From assembly GCA_013265495.1 (NCBI GenBank), contig MU058337.1:870001-934000 (forward strand): a stretch of DNA of 64,000 nucleotides, given 5' to 3'. The DNA comes from Vicugna vicugna. Its lineage: Eukaryota. The position numbers and the translations under genes are program-made. The notes under the pieces are model-generated. The model did no database searches, was not told the DNA's origin, and saw only the letters and a program-made list of their open reading frames with translations. How positions within the stretch are numbered: position 1 is the first letter of the stretch; each line of letters begins with the position of its first letter. Below are positions 35,777 to 48,600 of the stretch, one piece after another.

Positions 35777-37534
35777 CTCATCTTCAAGTTGTAATGATTG
35801 GGAGAGAGCTACCTGTTCAATCAGACCTTAGAAAGCAAAATTAACGTATTTTCCACGTGAAAATATTTACTAATTTATTTGATTTCCTCTCGTGTGTCAT
35901 AAAGATAAAGACAGCTAATTTTAACCTTTTCTTTCACCCCTCTGATTGAGCTGGTTTGTTTTTAATATTCTGACACTCAAAGGGAAAGAAGTTAATTGAA
36001 AAATTAATGCAGGACATTCACAAACAAAGGTTCTTTTATTATCTGTGTCTGATTTTTTAACAAATATGCCTTGTTTGGTTTCACTTATTTAAATTATAAT
36101 TAATTCATTTTTAACTGGGGGAGAAATGTAATTTCATTTTAGTCACTATAAAGAGATATTAAGTATAGAAAAAATCGTTCCCATTCAAAATAAAATTTCG
36201 AAAAAGTAACCTGCTTTTTCAAAGTTGAATAATTATTTAATCACTCTGGTACTAAATTGTTAGACTTCTTGGAAAGTAAAATGAGAGGCCAAATCTAGTT
36301 CTCTGTAGGGATACACAGACATCAGAGTTATAGATGTACTTGGTTTATTACACTGCATTTAATTTTAATTGCTTTTAACTCGAATTTATAAGGGAAATAA
36401 TACCTACTTGCACTGGGAGTGCAATAAAAAGGAAACAAGCAGCTCATCTTTCAGGTATCTAAATAATCTGTTTTCAATTTTTAGAATTGCTTCTAAATTT
36501 TCAAAATTTATTTTTCAGTCTTTTTTCTTCCTTTTAAACTTGACTTTACTTTCATGCCACGGATTTGTTGCTATTGTCTCAGAATAAAAGAGCAAGATTG
36601 TCATCAGGTGAATTGCTTTTCTAGAGCAGTGGGAATTTTATCCCCCAAATCTGATTTTTATTCCCTCAAAATATTTTTCAGCATAACAAGGGGATAAACA
36701 TCAATTATTACTCACAAAGAAACAGACCCTTTTTTTTAATGTGTAGAGCTTTTGAGTATATAGAACTTCAAAGTTTGATAGTTTTAGGAGAATTTAAAGA
36801 AAAAAGATCAAAAGTCAATTAATCTTACGTATTAAATACACAGAGAGGATATGTACACAGAGATTGATGTTTATGAAAATTGAACAAGCACGTCAAATGC
36901 TAACCAGGTTAGTAGAACACCACCAGTTGGAGTGTTGTTTTGCAAATGAGGTAAAATCATTTAACAGGTACTATTAATAGGCTAAATTTGGCTAGCTCCA
37001 TTACATGTTAATAAAAGCAACAACTGTATTTTCAGAAGAAAGGAGTCACAAAATTATCTTGCCGTTTGATTCCTAACGCTGTGTGTTAAGTAGCAGGAAT
37101 CCTGTAACAGCCTCAGCAATAGTTGCTTATTGAAGGAGAGTCGGTTTTTGAAGCTGCGGACGTCTTGCAGACAAGTGCTGAAAATAATCTTGACAGTTTA
37201 CTGAGGTCACAGAATGTTCAAAGTGTGCCCAGCTGCTAGGTTGTGGTATTTAAACACTTAGGAAACCCACAAAGAGCTCAGACACAGTCCCCGTGTTGCC
37301 CATGCCTCTCCGAGGTGGCTGCAGCTTGGGGTTACGCGGCTGCTGTCCCTGGGGCTCTTGTCAGCACGTCCTCGAGTCGTCCAGCTCTCTGCTGTCAGCT
37401 TCACACCTGTGTTTATTCCCTAAATCAGAGCTAAAACTAGCTGTTTATCCAAAAGCTGATGTACCACGAAAAGGCAGAAGAGTTCAGGGAAAAAAAGATT
37501 ACACTCAGCACCAGGTGACACTGCTTTAGTGTCC

Positions 37535-37890
37535 ACTGGCAAACGGGGGAACATCCTACAAAGCAACTGACCAGTGTCAAGTCATGGAGACAAGGAAAGA
37601 CAGAGGAATGGTCAGACTGGAGGACCCCAGGAGGTAGGACCACTAAAGCAAGCTGGGACCTTGAATTCCTTTCTGACATAACAAAGATGTCGGAGAAAAG
37701 GAAGGATTGAAGTTTAGTCCACAGCATTGTACTGATGTTAATGTCTTAGTTCTGAACAGTATACCACGATCACATAAGATGTTAACATTGGGAGAAGCTG
37801 GGTGAAGGCTCTGTGGGAATTCTTTGTATTATTTTTGTAACTCTTCTGTAAGTCTAAAATTATTTTAAAATGTAAACTATAAAAAATTAA
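37535..37890 (+). mobile_element. Ancient L1 3' end (L1MC/MD-type)
   Basis: 'acatcctacaaagcaactgaccagtgtcaagtcatggagacaaggaaagac...taagatgttaacattgggagaagctgggtgaagg...ttctgtaagtctaaaattattttaaaat' followed by an A-rich tail. Confidence 0.8.
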
Positions 37891-37944
37891 GAAGTAAAAC
37901 ACATTAAAGGAGATAAGGTTGTCTGACTCCAGAATATTAATAAG

Positions 37945-38303
37945 AGCTATAAATTGAATGCTTGTGTCTCCCTGAAGTTCGTATGTTGGAGTCCTAACCC
38001 CCACCCATGTGATTAGGAGGCAGGGCCTTCGGAGTGAGTAGGTCCTGAGGGTGCAGCCCTCGTGGTGGGATTAGTGCCCTTACAGAAGAGACCCCAGAGA
38101 GCTCCCACACCCATCCTGCCCCGTGAGATCACAGTGAGAGGTGGTGGTCTGTGACCCAGGAGGTGGGCTCTCACCAGACCCAGAATCTGCCGGTGCTTGA
38201 TCTCAGGCTTGCTGGCCTCCAGAACTTTGAAAAATAAATATCTGTTGTTTATAAGCCACCTCGTGTATGACATTCTGGTGTAGCAGCCCAATGGACTAAG
38301 ACA
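37945..38303 (+). mobile_element. MaLR solo LTR, MLT1A0-like, with perfect 5-bp TSD
   Basis: 'agctataaattgaatgcttgtgtctccc...gggattagtgcccttacagaagagaccccagagagct...aataaatatctgttgtttataagccac...ggactaagaca'; TSD ataag at 37940-37944 and 38304-38308. Confidence 0.9.
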
Positions 38304-38779
38304 ATAAGTGTATTTGGCCAAACCCCTCTTTTGTGCTGGGCTGTTATTACAGCTATTCAGACGTTACTTCTCCTTTTCAGCCATCATTTATATGCCATTG
38401 TATGCCACAGTACATGTATCATGTACTCACCACACTTATACTGTGTACTTTCTGTGTGTGTACCACCGTATACATACCACCCCGGTCATCAGTTCACAAT
38501 GGCTTCACACTTGGGTACATTAAATGTTATACATTTGAAAGCCTTTTTTAGCAAACATCACATTTCAAATCCATGATCCTTCTCCTTTGTCTGGGAACAT
38601 ATAACATAAAAACTTCTAGAACACGAGTCAACCAAGTACAACAACAATTCTGAGTTCATCTAACATCCCTAATGAACTCCTCAATTTTTATGCAATTAGC
38701 TCATCTTTTCAAGAACCAGAGATCACAAAGCGTTAGTTATAGATGATAAGAAGCGACTATTAATGTTGTTACATGAATT

Positions 38780-39150
38780 TATTTGGCCGGCGTGAAGTAA
38801 CACTGGCGTTGTGGTTTCCTAACGCTGGGGAGTGGAGCTAAATGGAAAGGCAACTCCAACAGTCAGTGGTGCTGGATACGGGGGGAGAGTGCAAGGGTGG
38901 GGGTCTGCAGGGTACTCCTTGACCGGAGACGGCGGAAGACCCAGGCGTGGCACCGAGCTTAGGCGCCAGAAGGAACTAAGCCCCGGGAAGAGAAGGGCCA
39001 TTCTCGTGCTCGCTGGATCGGGCACCGTCGGCAGGGACTTGGCTTCAGAACAGCCTGCGGGAGCCCCCTCCGCCCAGATTTCCCACAAACTACCCCGAGG
39101 TCTCCGTACCTATCAGTCCCCGCCCTTCCGCTCAGAACCGGTCCTGGAGG
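38780..39150. promoter_or_regulatory. Short CpG-rich patch
   Basis: Local CpG/GC enrichment against AT-rich flanks; function unknown. Confidence 0.3.
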
Positions 39151-41652
39151 GGCAGAAAGAGCCAAGATTTCCCTTCTTCTCTCTTTATGTGTTTTCTTCT
39201 TCAAGCATCATTCCCCTCGATAACAAAACATTTTAAAAAATAATATAAAGGAAATGGAAGCAAACCAGCAGGGCGAAAACACGTCCGCTTTTTAATCTCC
39301 ATCTTCTAACAAAATGCTTTCTCTTTTCTTCAGAGATGCAGTCTTTTCCGTTTTCTTTTTTGCCTCTGAAAAATATTTCCTCAAGAAAATGACAATCCCT
39401 GTCTGTTGTACTGAAAGAGGCGTGGGGGTCATTTCAGGGGAGGAGGTCAGAACCGTCAACCTATTTGTTGTCTCGGAACTGCCTTAACGTAGTATGTGTG
39501 TGTCTCTGCCACACGGATGTGCACCCAGCTTTTGTGTTCCGCTGGGTGAAGCCGTCAATTCAGACTCCTCCTTACTCCATCCTCATGTAAGGCTTTTCTC
39601 TGAAGACAACTTGTTTATATAACTTTGCATTTTCTTCTTTTGATGATGACTATCACATAAAAAACAATGAGAGCTTTTCCCCAAAAAGAAACCCCAAAAA
39701 TTGTACTATAAAGGAAGCAGCATCCAAGTATGCGAAAATCTGGTAAAGGCTGGAAAATGTGGACGTTTTCAGCCTATGCTGGTTTACATTGCAGAACTAG
39801 GACCATTAAAAATACTAGTGCTTTTTAATAATTGTTATTTTAGTAGGTATACTCCATTAATGATGCAGAAATACCACAAATAATGACGTAACAGCTTATG
39901 ACTGAATGTACAGACGTAACTGTGAAAGAGTCTGATCCTTCTCAGTATCACAAAGGGAAAAAAGGCCGTATTTGTCATTAAACATTTTTGACCTGTGTAT
40001 AGCTGTATTTTCTTGAAACTTAAAAGGAATTTCTAATAAATCCCAGGTGGGTATGGGTCTTTATAATAGAGCGTACTCACGTCCGACTTGCATTTTGGTG
40101 GGTCTCCGTCCTGCTGATTTTGCAGAGACTTTGCATCACAGCCTTGAGTCTAAACCCCAGATGACCACTCAGCTGATGCTTTCTCTCTAAATAGAAGCAG
40201 ATTCTCTGATAGGTTGTCTGAAGGCATGTCCCTTGTCTGAAGCTTAATTAGCTCTGAGCAGGTGTTGAATGAAGTGCTCAGGCTGGGGTGCAGTTAATCA
40301 GACGAGGTTTCTTGTACGAGGGGTGCTGAAGAGGAAGGAGGATTCTCGAGGTGGGGGACAGCAAGTCCCGAGCAAGACGGGTGGCGGGGCTGTGCCGGCG
40401 ACGGGGGGGACCCTTCCTAAGAAAGGCGGGCTTTCTGCCCCGTGAAGACCCCAGTGCGGGTCTGAACCTCCACCTCCTCTGGTTCACGGCCCCTTTGCTT
40501 TTCCCCAGCGTGCTTCTCAGACCAGACATCCTTGGGGCATATCCTCAAACTCTGAATACATTGGGACGAGGAACATTATATCAGTACACTACCATTTCAG
40601 CTTTGTGAAAACACAAATTTCAGACTGTTTTGAGAAACTAATGGAAAGTTACTATAGCAGTAATGAAATCAGGCCTGGGTAGGGACGAGGACATTTAAAG
40701 TCACTGTGATTTGTTTTTGGTTGTTTCCTTGGTGATAAGAGAAGCTATAATTAATTAACAGCCCACTACTCTGGTTATTTCTGGGTTATTGCTGAACAGA
40801 ACATAAAGTGATTTTTTTGAGCTACATAAGAAATGGAACATTCCAATTCTATTTAAAATAATTTCTAACTTACAAGGTGGTCTATAAAGATAAAAATAAT
40901 TCCTTGTTGGAAGAGGTGTCTCTGTAAGTTACCTAGCAAAGCAATTATTCTTTCATGATACAATAAAGAGCTGTGTTAGCAATGACTTATCATCCTGCAG
41001 TAGTGATCATTACTCTGCTCAAATGCTACTAAGCATAAAAGCATTCTAAATTAATGTGGCCTTGATTTTATTTTTCATTTGAAATATCAAGTCTTGATTT
41101 TCCTGTATTTCAAGATAATCAATATACCATTTGTTCTCTGTCAAAAACCTACTTTAAAAAAAAAAGAGTAAATGCCCATATATTTTATTTTTCAACAATA
41201 ATGTTAAAAATTTTAGAAGAAAAATCTGTTGTATTACCTACTGTGTCTTGCAAGGTTAGTTATGTATTTTCTATTTCTTTCTCATTATATTTTCAACATG
41301 AGCCCTGACAATAATTCACATAAATGTCCAGATTTTCAAAAACTCAGCTACATGTTTTAGCACTTGGAACCAGTTTTTGTACCAATTCCTCATAATATTT
41401 ATGGCTAGGAAAAGTGAAATAATCCCCAGAGAAAATTGATTCTCGGAATAAGTTTATAAATGAATTTCACTTTCAGAATATTCCAAAGCACTTGGTGAGG
41501 TATGTGCACATGTGCTTAATCTGAGTGTGTAGTTAACCTTCAAAATTAGCTATATTACAAATATATATGGGGGTGTGTGTGTATATATATATATCTAAAT
41601 TACTAACCTGCAGAGGAACAGTTACATGGTAAAAACCACCAGACACTGATTT

Positions 41653-41682
41653 TATATATATATAAAATATATATATATATAT
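41653..41682. repeat. (TA)n microsatellite (a second GT/TA run lies at ~41573-41594)
   Basis: tatatatatataaaatatatatatatatat. Confidence 0.85.
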
Positions 41683-42369
41683 TTATCCTGCATACACAAA
41701 CCCAATTCTTCTGCTTTATTCAAGTTGGTAAGAACTGCTTGGTTTACTCTTGGGAGAAAGCTGTTTTCATTTTTCTCCGTAGCATCATAGAGAATGTAAA
41801 ACAAAAACTGCCTGTCAAACTTTGAACTTTCAGGCAGCTCCTGTGCACAGCAGCTCAGGATTTACTGTGTATTTTATTTTAAATTCCAACTTTGTTTAAA
41901 CTCCGAGGGGCCCACACAAGAAAAGCAGGAAGAGTGAAGAGATTCAAAAAAAAAAAAAAGAGTGAAGAGATGGATTTTAAAGAACGAAATGATAGCTGAG
42001 AAAAGCTGGACCAGGAAGGAGAATAAGGAGAGAGAAGAGGCTGTGGGAGAAGGAATGTTAACACGTAGACTGTTAGTTGCATTCAGTTCTCACTCAGATT
42101 CAGAATTGGAAGTAATTTATTTGTTATTACTTAAAAACTATTCCAGTCTGCTAGATTATTTTGAAAATACATAGATGCTTATCTGTCCAGTCATTTCCTG
42201 CTTTGTCGTTAAATTTGGGAAACCAGAGAATAAGGGTGGGGCCCACTGAGTAAAACGTAACTCTCAGCATTCAGGGTGTGCGTTTGATGGCAGTGGACAG
42301 TGACATTTGCAGGGTCTTCGGGTCATTTTCACATCAGACCAGCAGCATACTTTTCATGGAAGACAGTTA

Positions 42370-42450
42370 CTCACTGACTTTATTCAACAGACATTTATTG
42401 AGAGCCTATTATGTGCCAGGTACTTTTCCAGGCAAGGGGTGCAGAGAGAA
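42370..42450 (-). mobile_element. L2 3' tail
   Basis: 'tttattcaacagacatttattgagagcctattatgtgccaggtact'. Confidence 0.75.
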
Positions 42451-44669
42451 ACAAGATGGGGGAAGTTGCCACTTTTGTCATGCTTATATGAGTATATGCT
42501 GATTGTCTAAAAAAATAGATAATGCCAAGAGAAAATGGAAGTTCCTCTGTGTTTGTGTGGAAGGGGACTCATGAGTAGCATCAGGGTAGAGGACCACTGG
42601 GGTCACCTTGAAGCCTGGCCACTACAATCCTTTCCCACCTTCCCAGTTCCACTCCCTACTCCAGTTTGTTATATCCACTCTGAATCTTCTTTTAGAAGAA
42701 TGTTCTAGAGCATTCTTTTCTTCTTTTGCTGTGAATGTTTATCAGGGTAAGGGAGCAGTGTTCTGTGTTAATCTTTTCCTCAAACTTGGAGCTACTTTGT
42801 CATTCTATTCTTTATAGAGTTCTTATATATTTTTAATTATAAAAAATTAAACTATTAAAAATTAAAAATTGAAGCTTAAACAGTTTGCATATATGTTTGT
42901 TCAGTATTTTATGTCTCAATTGATGATGGAAAATATGCAATGTGAGGCAGGTAATCACTGAAATTGGAGAAAGCACAAAGATGAGATATTTCCTGTTTAC
43001 CTACAGGATAGGTATTTTCAGGAATGCTCTTTCTTCTTTGATATACATTTTCATAAATAGTGATATTTTTGTGGAATGCAACCAAGCACTTCCCAGAAAG
43101 TTATTCTTTGAAAACATGAGAAATATTAAAAGAATTTCCAATTTGTCTTCATTAGCTTGGTTGAATAGAAAATGTCAAATACAGCTTTCGTGAGTTTAAT
43201 GGACTATGATTAGGTAGAAAGAATGTATTTTGAAACTACTTACTTGAAAGCTAAACACACACATATATATATGGGCACGTGATATCACAGCTCATTCCAT
43301 TCATACAGTTTACTCATTTTCATTCCTTGAATCATAATTGTTGATTCTAAATATGCTACGTTTATCCTATCAAAATTAATGCAATTGGGTATGTCCACAA
43401 ACGTTTTTCCTGTAAAACTAGAGAAAACATAATTGAGCCATTTATATAGTTAGAAGATATATGAAGGTGAATTTTTAAAAAAAAGCAGTGGATGGTACCA
43501 TTTTAAGTTACAAAAGTATACCTCTTTGCCAAGCCTAAATAAAAAATAATCAAATGACGTTTCTCATCTCATAAAAATAAATTGTCAGTTAAATTATCTC
43601 AGAGAATGAATTATCAAAATCTTCAGACAATGAAGTATGATTCTTGGTTTACTATTGACCTTCTGAGATCGGGGCCCAGCCTCCGCTTCCGTGTCTCAAT
43701 GATTGGAGCACTTCTTAGCATCTCATTCCACATTTCTTTGAGCAATTCCAAGATGATTACAAAATGCTTTTCTCAAGCGAAAGCTGCTTAGTGATATTTA
43801 AGTTGCCAATTTTTAATACAGCTTAGCCTGTAATCTAAAACCTGAAACAGTAAGAAATAAATTATATTCCAGAATTTGAGAGGCAATCTGCTTGTTAACC
43901 TCCTATTGAGTTGAAAGCTAGCCCAATAAAGATGTTCTGATGTAGTCATGTGCCGAATCAGAGCAGAAAAATTTTTCTCTAAAAATAATTCCATCTTCTT
44001 GATAAGGAGTGGTTCCACACAGAGTGTATGGAGGGTCAGTTCAAGGAAAGGTATGTTTGGGGGATCATGATGCGTTTGTGGGATGCTAATTAGTCCAATT
44101 TAAATAAATGAAAGAAGGATTTGCACCGGGAAGCAGGAGGAAAAGGGACGTCAACGAATTTTGTAATACACTTTTTTTATAATTATAAAATTATAAAATG
44201 AAAATCATGCTAATTACAGAAACATCAGAAAGGTCAGAAACATCCCAAATGCATTTTCTAAGTGGTAAGAGGAAAACCAATGTTTCGTTGTGAGGAATAT
44301 TAAGTGTGATGTTAGAAATGTTTATCATCATGTATAATCTATTTTTCGTAAGTATTTTATGAATGAATGAAAACCATTATGAATAAGGCAGGTTATTTTG
44401 ATAGATAATCTTAACCTTCTACCATGCTCAGCCAGATTTCCCTGACTTTTGTCATTTGAAGCTATGAGATTTGTGTGATGAATCAGACTAAATCTCAGGT
44501 TAAAAAAAAAAAAGAAAGAAAGAAAAAGAAAAAAAGATGATGGTGTTGCCCTCTTGTGGCTGTTTCTAAGACCAGGTCGATGCTTAGAGAGGTCTGACAT
44601 GAGGAGTGTTTTCAGACAGACGAATTAGCCCTGGAAGTCTGGAGAGCCCCGTTATTTGGTCTGGTTTAG

Positions 44670-45490
44670 CAACGCCGCTGGACCAGTGAGTTATGACCCA
44701 GCTGCGGTCCCGTCTTCCAGCAGCTGCAGGAGCTGCGGCGTGACCCTGAGTGAGCCCGGCCTGGCGATCCGGGTCCCGGGGCTCGCTGCAGCCTCGATCC
44801 TGCCGCGAAGCAGCCTCTCACGTTGAGACTGTTCAGAATGCAGGTTTCAAGTCATTCCGTCACAACCATTCCATTTGGGAGCTGCAGTCTGTCTTCGGGC
44901 TGCCTCCCTGCCCCCGCCATCTATCATTTAACGTGGAATCGAGGACCCTGCGCCAGCTGTCAGGAGTGCCGAGCGCTGGCCTCGGGTCTGCTTTTCACCG
45001 ATTCCTGACAGCGTGACTTCCCCTTGAGGTCTCATTTCTCTTTAGGAAAGGCTAAAAGGAAGGGCGAAGGGGAGCCCACATTCCCTGAGCTGCGGGCTGG
45101 AACCCGGCTCTCTGATCGCTGCCCCCCAAGCCTTGCGTGACCAGCTTATCATTCACGCAGTGACTACGTAACTCGGATAACCACAGGAGCTAATCCCGAC
45201 GCAGCCGGAGCGTGCATTATTATCCCCAGTTTACAGATAAAGGAACTGAGGCTCGGAGAAGCTAAATGACTTCGTGAAGCTTAAAGGAGCTAGCGGTGGC
45301 GGACGATTACCAGGTGTATCGGCCACTATAGTGACGGCTGATCCTGACAGTGAGCAAGTTACGTCAGTGGCTACACAGCTCTGAGATACGCTGCGCGTAA
45401 CAAAGTTGAGCAGGTTTGCTTCCGAGTTTCTCGTGGTCTCTGACGTCGCAGTATCCGCAGTGATGCACTGTCGCGCCTTGCCAGACCCCG
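44670..45490. promoter_or_regulatory. CpG-rich patch overlapping MIR remnants
   Basis: High CpG density (e.g. 'gcccggcctggcgatccgggtcccggggctcgctgcagcctcgatcctgccgcg'); function unknown. Confidence 0.35.
45215..45305 (-). mobile_element. MIR core
   Basis: 'attattatccccagtttacagataaaggaactgaggctcggagaagctaaatgactt'. Confidence 0.85.
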
Positions 45491-45684
45491 TTGCTCTGTA
45501 GGGCACATTTCAATAGCTCTGGTCTGCCCACAAACTGTTTTCCTTTACCTCATCTAATCAAAGATCTTCCCTGATTATTTATTTCCTCTCTGAGAGCTTT
45601 TGTCCTAATTCATGTTTCTCTCCATGGTTGCCTTTAATGATACTTATCATATGATTTATTTTAGTGTTGTAATTTCATTAGACA

Positions 45685-45790
45685 TTTCTTCTCTGTTAAA
45701 TTTCAAATTCCTGGAGGGCAGAAATTCGTTTAGAGATAAGTATGGTGCCTTTTCAGCCAACAGGCACTCAGTAAATAATTGCGGAATATG
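45685..45790 (+). mobile_element. L2 3' tail
   Basis: 'aaattcctggagggcaga...ggtgcct...caggcactcagtaaataatttgcggaat'. Confidence 0.6.
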
Positions 45791-47949
45791 AGAATAAAAT
45801 GAGGAGGTTATGTAAATTACAGTTTGTCTCTAAGTTTGTCTGGGATGTTCGTGGCTGGCATGTCATATGTCCCTAACAAGTTACTATTGTTTCAACAGAG
45901 GCTTGGCACATCTTACCCGGAAGGTTGTCTGAAATAGAAATTGCAGGCATCGTGACACCGTCAGAGGATTTGATGGAAAGGAGATTTCAAGGGCCTTTAA
46001 ATCACATGCACATTGTTAAAACCTTAGCATTAGAAGGGATTATGTGGGTCTGAAAGATGAAAGAAATAGGGACTTCAGTTTATCTGTAATGATTGACCCC
46101 TCCAACATCTCCCCTTCCCTGTGGCTGCACAAACAGCTGAGACTCCCCGAGCTTTGCAGAGCCTCAAAGCAGGAGCTCAGTCCACAGCATCCTATTCGCC
46201 TCAGAGAACAAACACACAGTTACAGACTTTTCAGGCTGGAAGGGCTGTTAGAGGCCATCTTGCCAAGTTATTTTCCAACCGTGTGGGATCCTGGGACAGA
46301 GGTCTGGGAAATTTTGATGACATTTTTATTTCACAAGATATGTTTATTTCTAAAGCTTAATAACATGGTGACACATCCGATGCCTCTTCCTTTTTGACTG
46401 CTGCTTTAAGGTTTTAACTTCTGCTGTTTGTACCTGATTAAAAACATTCTGGACTGGGGACAATTACTAATTTTTTTCCTCACGATTTCTCAGGGTCACT
46501 ACGATCACAAGAACATAAATTGGGTATTAAGACCTATATAGAGTCGCAACTCTCTATCGTAGCTGCTAAGTTCAAAGTGCCATCTTGGTTCTGGCTGGTG
46601 GATTTTATCATAGTAAGAAGCATAAGCTCATAACGCATTCTCATTCTCATGAGGCACCGCCTCTGCTGTTTCATATTTTGCGTTTTTCCTGTGAACATGT
46701 CTCAAAGGGTTTTTTCCAGAGCTTTCCGCTAGGTTTGCGGCAGAGGAGACTTGAAGCCAGGGAATAGGCTAGAATTCGGTCATGTCTCTTAATTCCACGC
46801 TCACTATGGAGCTTTCCAGTCCACTCTGCCTTGTTTCAGTTTAAACCCAAAGCACAAGGAGGAAGATGTAAGTCGTTTAAGGAATGAGGAATGAAAAATT
46901 ATAAAGCTTTCACCTTTTTGCTTCCCATGAAGTTACTTCACATCCACATGCAGAACAGCCTAACTCTGACTGGTTGGAATCCGTGCCGAGCTGAGCTCCT
47001 TATGCCCCCGGAGGTGGATTTCAGCTCCCCAGTGGTCCACCCCCTACTGAGTTGACTTAGTTACGTCTTCGAGATTCCTTATTTTGAGAACAGAGGAGAA
47101 TAAGCAGGCCGTGGCAAGAGCGTGCTTGAATTCTCCCTGGGAACTCAGGAAACTCGAGTGTTTTCCAGAGCAGAGTCAGGGGAAGGCTGTTTTGGGGAGA
47201 AGGCTCTGTGCCTCTCCGCCAGTGCTGACTCATCTCCCCGCGTGGGGTCCACGCCACGTAAGGGCTACTCAGGGATCACTTCCCCTTGAGCATCTGCGAG
47301 AGAGCTCACCTTCCCCAAACTACAGTTTGTAAGGAAGAACTTGGGGTTTTACTCTTCATCAAGTTCACAGACTTGCACTTTTTGTGCCTCAGACTAACAG
47401 ATGTCTAACCTTTTGAGAGGAAGTGTGTATGTCTCAGAAGAATGGTGTTCTATTTACAAGTTTACCGTGATCCACGTTTTCTCCTGCAGAGCAATTCATG
47501 TTCATTTGAACTTAGAAAAAATAAAAACTCACGACAGCTTGTTGATGCTCTGTTCTTCCTTGGTTTATTAAATGAATGAACTAGACGTTTGTAATAAAGC
47601 ACCAGTTACTACCTTCTTGCATTTGCCCGAGACCGTCTTTGGAAAGGCACTGAAGTCAAGAGTGTGGGGAAAACATACCAAATGTCTTTCATGATATTTC
47701 AGAGCATCAGAAAGAAGAGATTCATTTCAAGGATAAACTATTTTTTAATATTCACTACTACAAGAATTTCTTCTATTTCTATTCTTAAAAGTTGTATGCA
47801 ACTTGGATAGTAATTAAACTCCTTTTGATAAGATCTTAAAAATAAATCTTTAGGAACCTGAGCAGAGGCCAGTCTTGGGGCAAGGTGATGATTTCTCCAA
47901 ACCTTTTATTCCATGACCATATTAGCTCTTGTTAGATGGCAGTTCTTAA

Positions 47950-48600
47950 TTCTTTCATTCATTAATTCATTAATTTATTCAACAAATATTTAATAAGTGT
48001 ATACGATGTTTTGGGGGGACAAAATATGTACAGAATGATTTGAGTTTAGTAACTTTTTATATATCCACAAGTAACACAATACAATGAAATAGATATAAAT
48101 ATTGGAAATATATATATTAATTGTTTCCTGTTTTTAACTCTTAATGGTCGGGTTACAACAGTCAATTCTAATTTTTTTTCCTTTTGTGCTTATTTAAATA
48201 ATCTAAATTTACTTGTAATACAAAAAAAGTATTTAAAAAACATTATGGAGCACCTGGGAAAAAGTGTCATATTCCAGATATTGAAACACAAAGATGAATT
48301 TTTGTCATTCTGGTGGAGGAAGCATAATCAGATGAGGGCATTTGTAAAAAAAAAAAATTAGACTGCATCGTGATGAAGGCTCGAATATAGTTGTGCATTA
48401 GATGCTATGGAGGGTCAGAGAAAGAGACCAAACTCAACTTCCCCTGGAAGAAGGCGACTCAGAGGCAACTGGGAATTCTTGGCAGATAATGAGTAGGAGA
48501 TCACAAGTTGGACAAGAAGGAGAAACACATTTCCCACAGAGAGAAACGCACAAAGCCCTGTGAATAATCGGCGTATGTGACAAGAGGGAGCAGATAGGTC
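47950..48600 (-). mobile_element. Decayed L2, apparently interrupted by an AT-rich L1M-like tail (~48100-48240)
   Basis: 'ttcattcattaattcattaatttattcaacaaatatttaataagt' start; resumes 'cacaaagatgaatttttgtcattctggtgggagaagca...gatgctatggaggg'. Confidence 0.5.
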
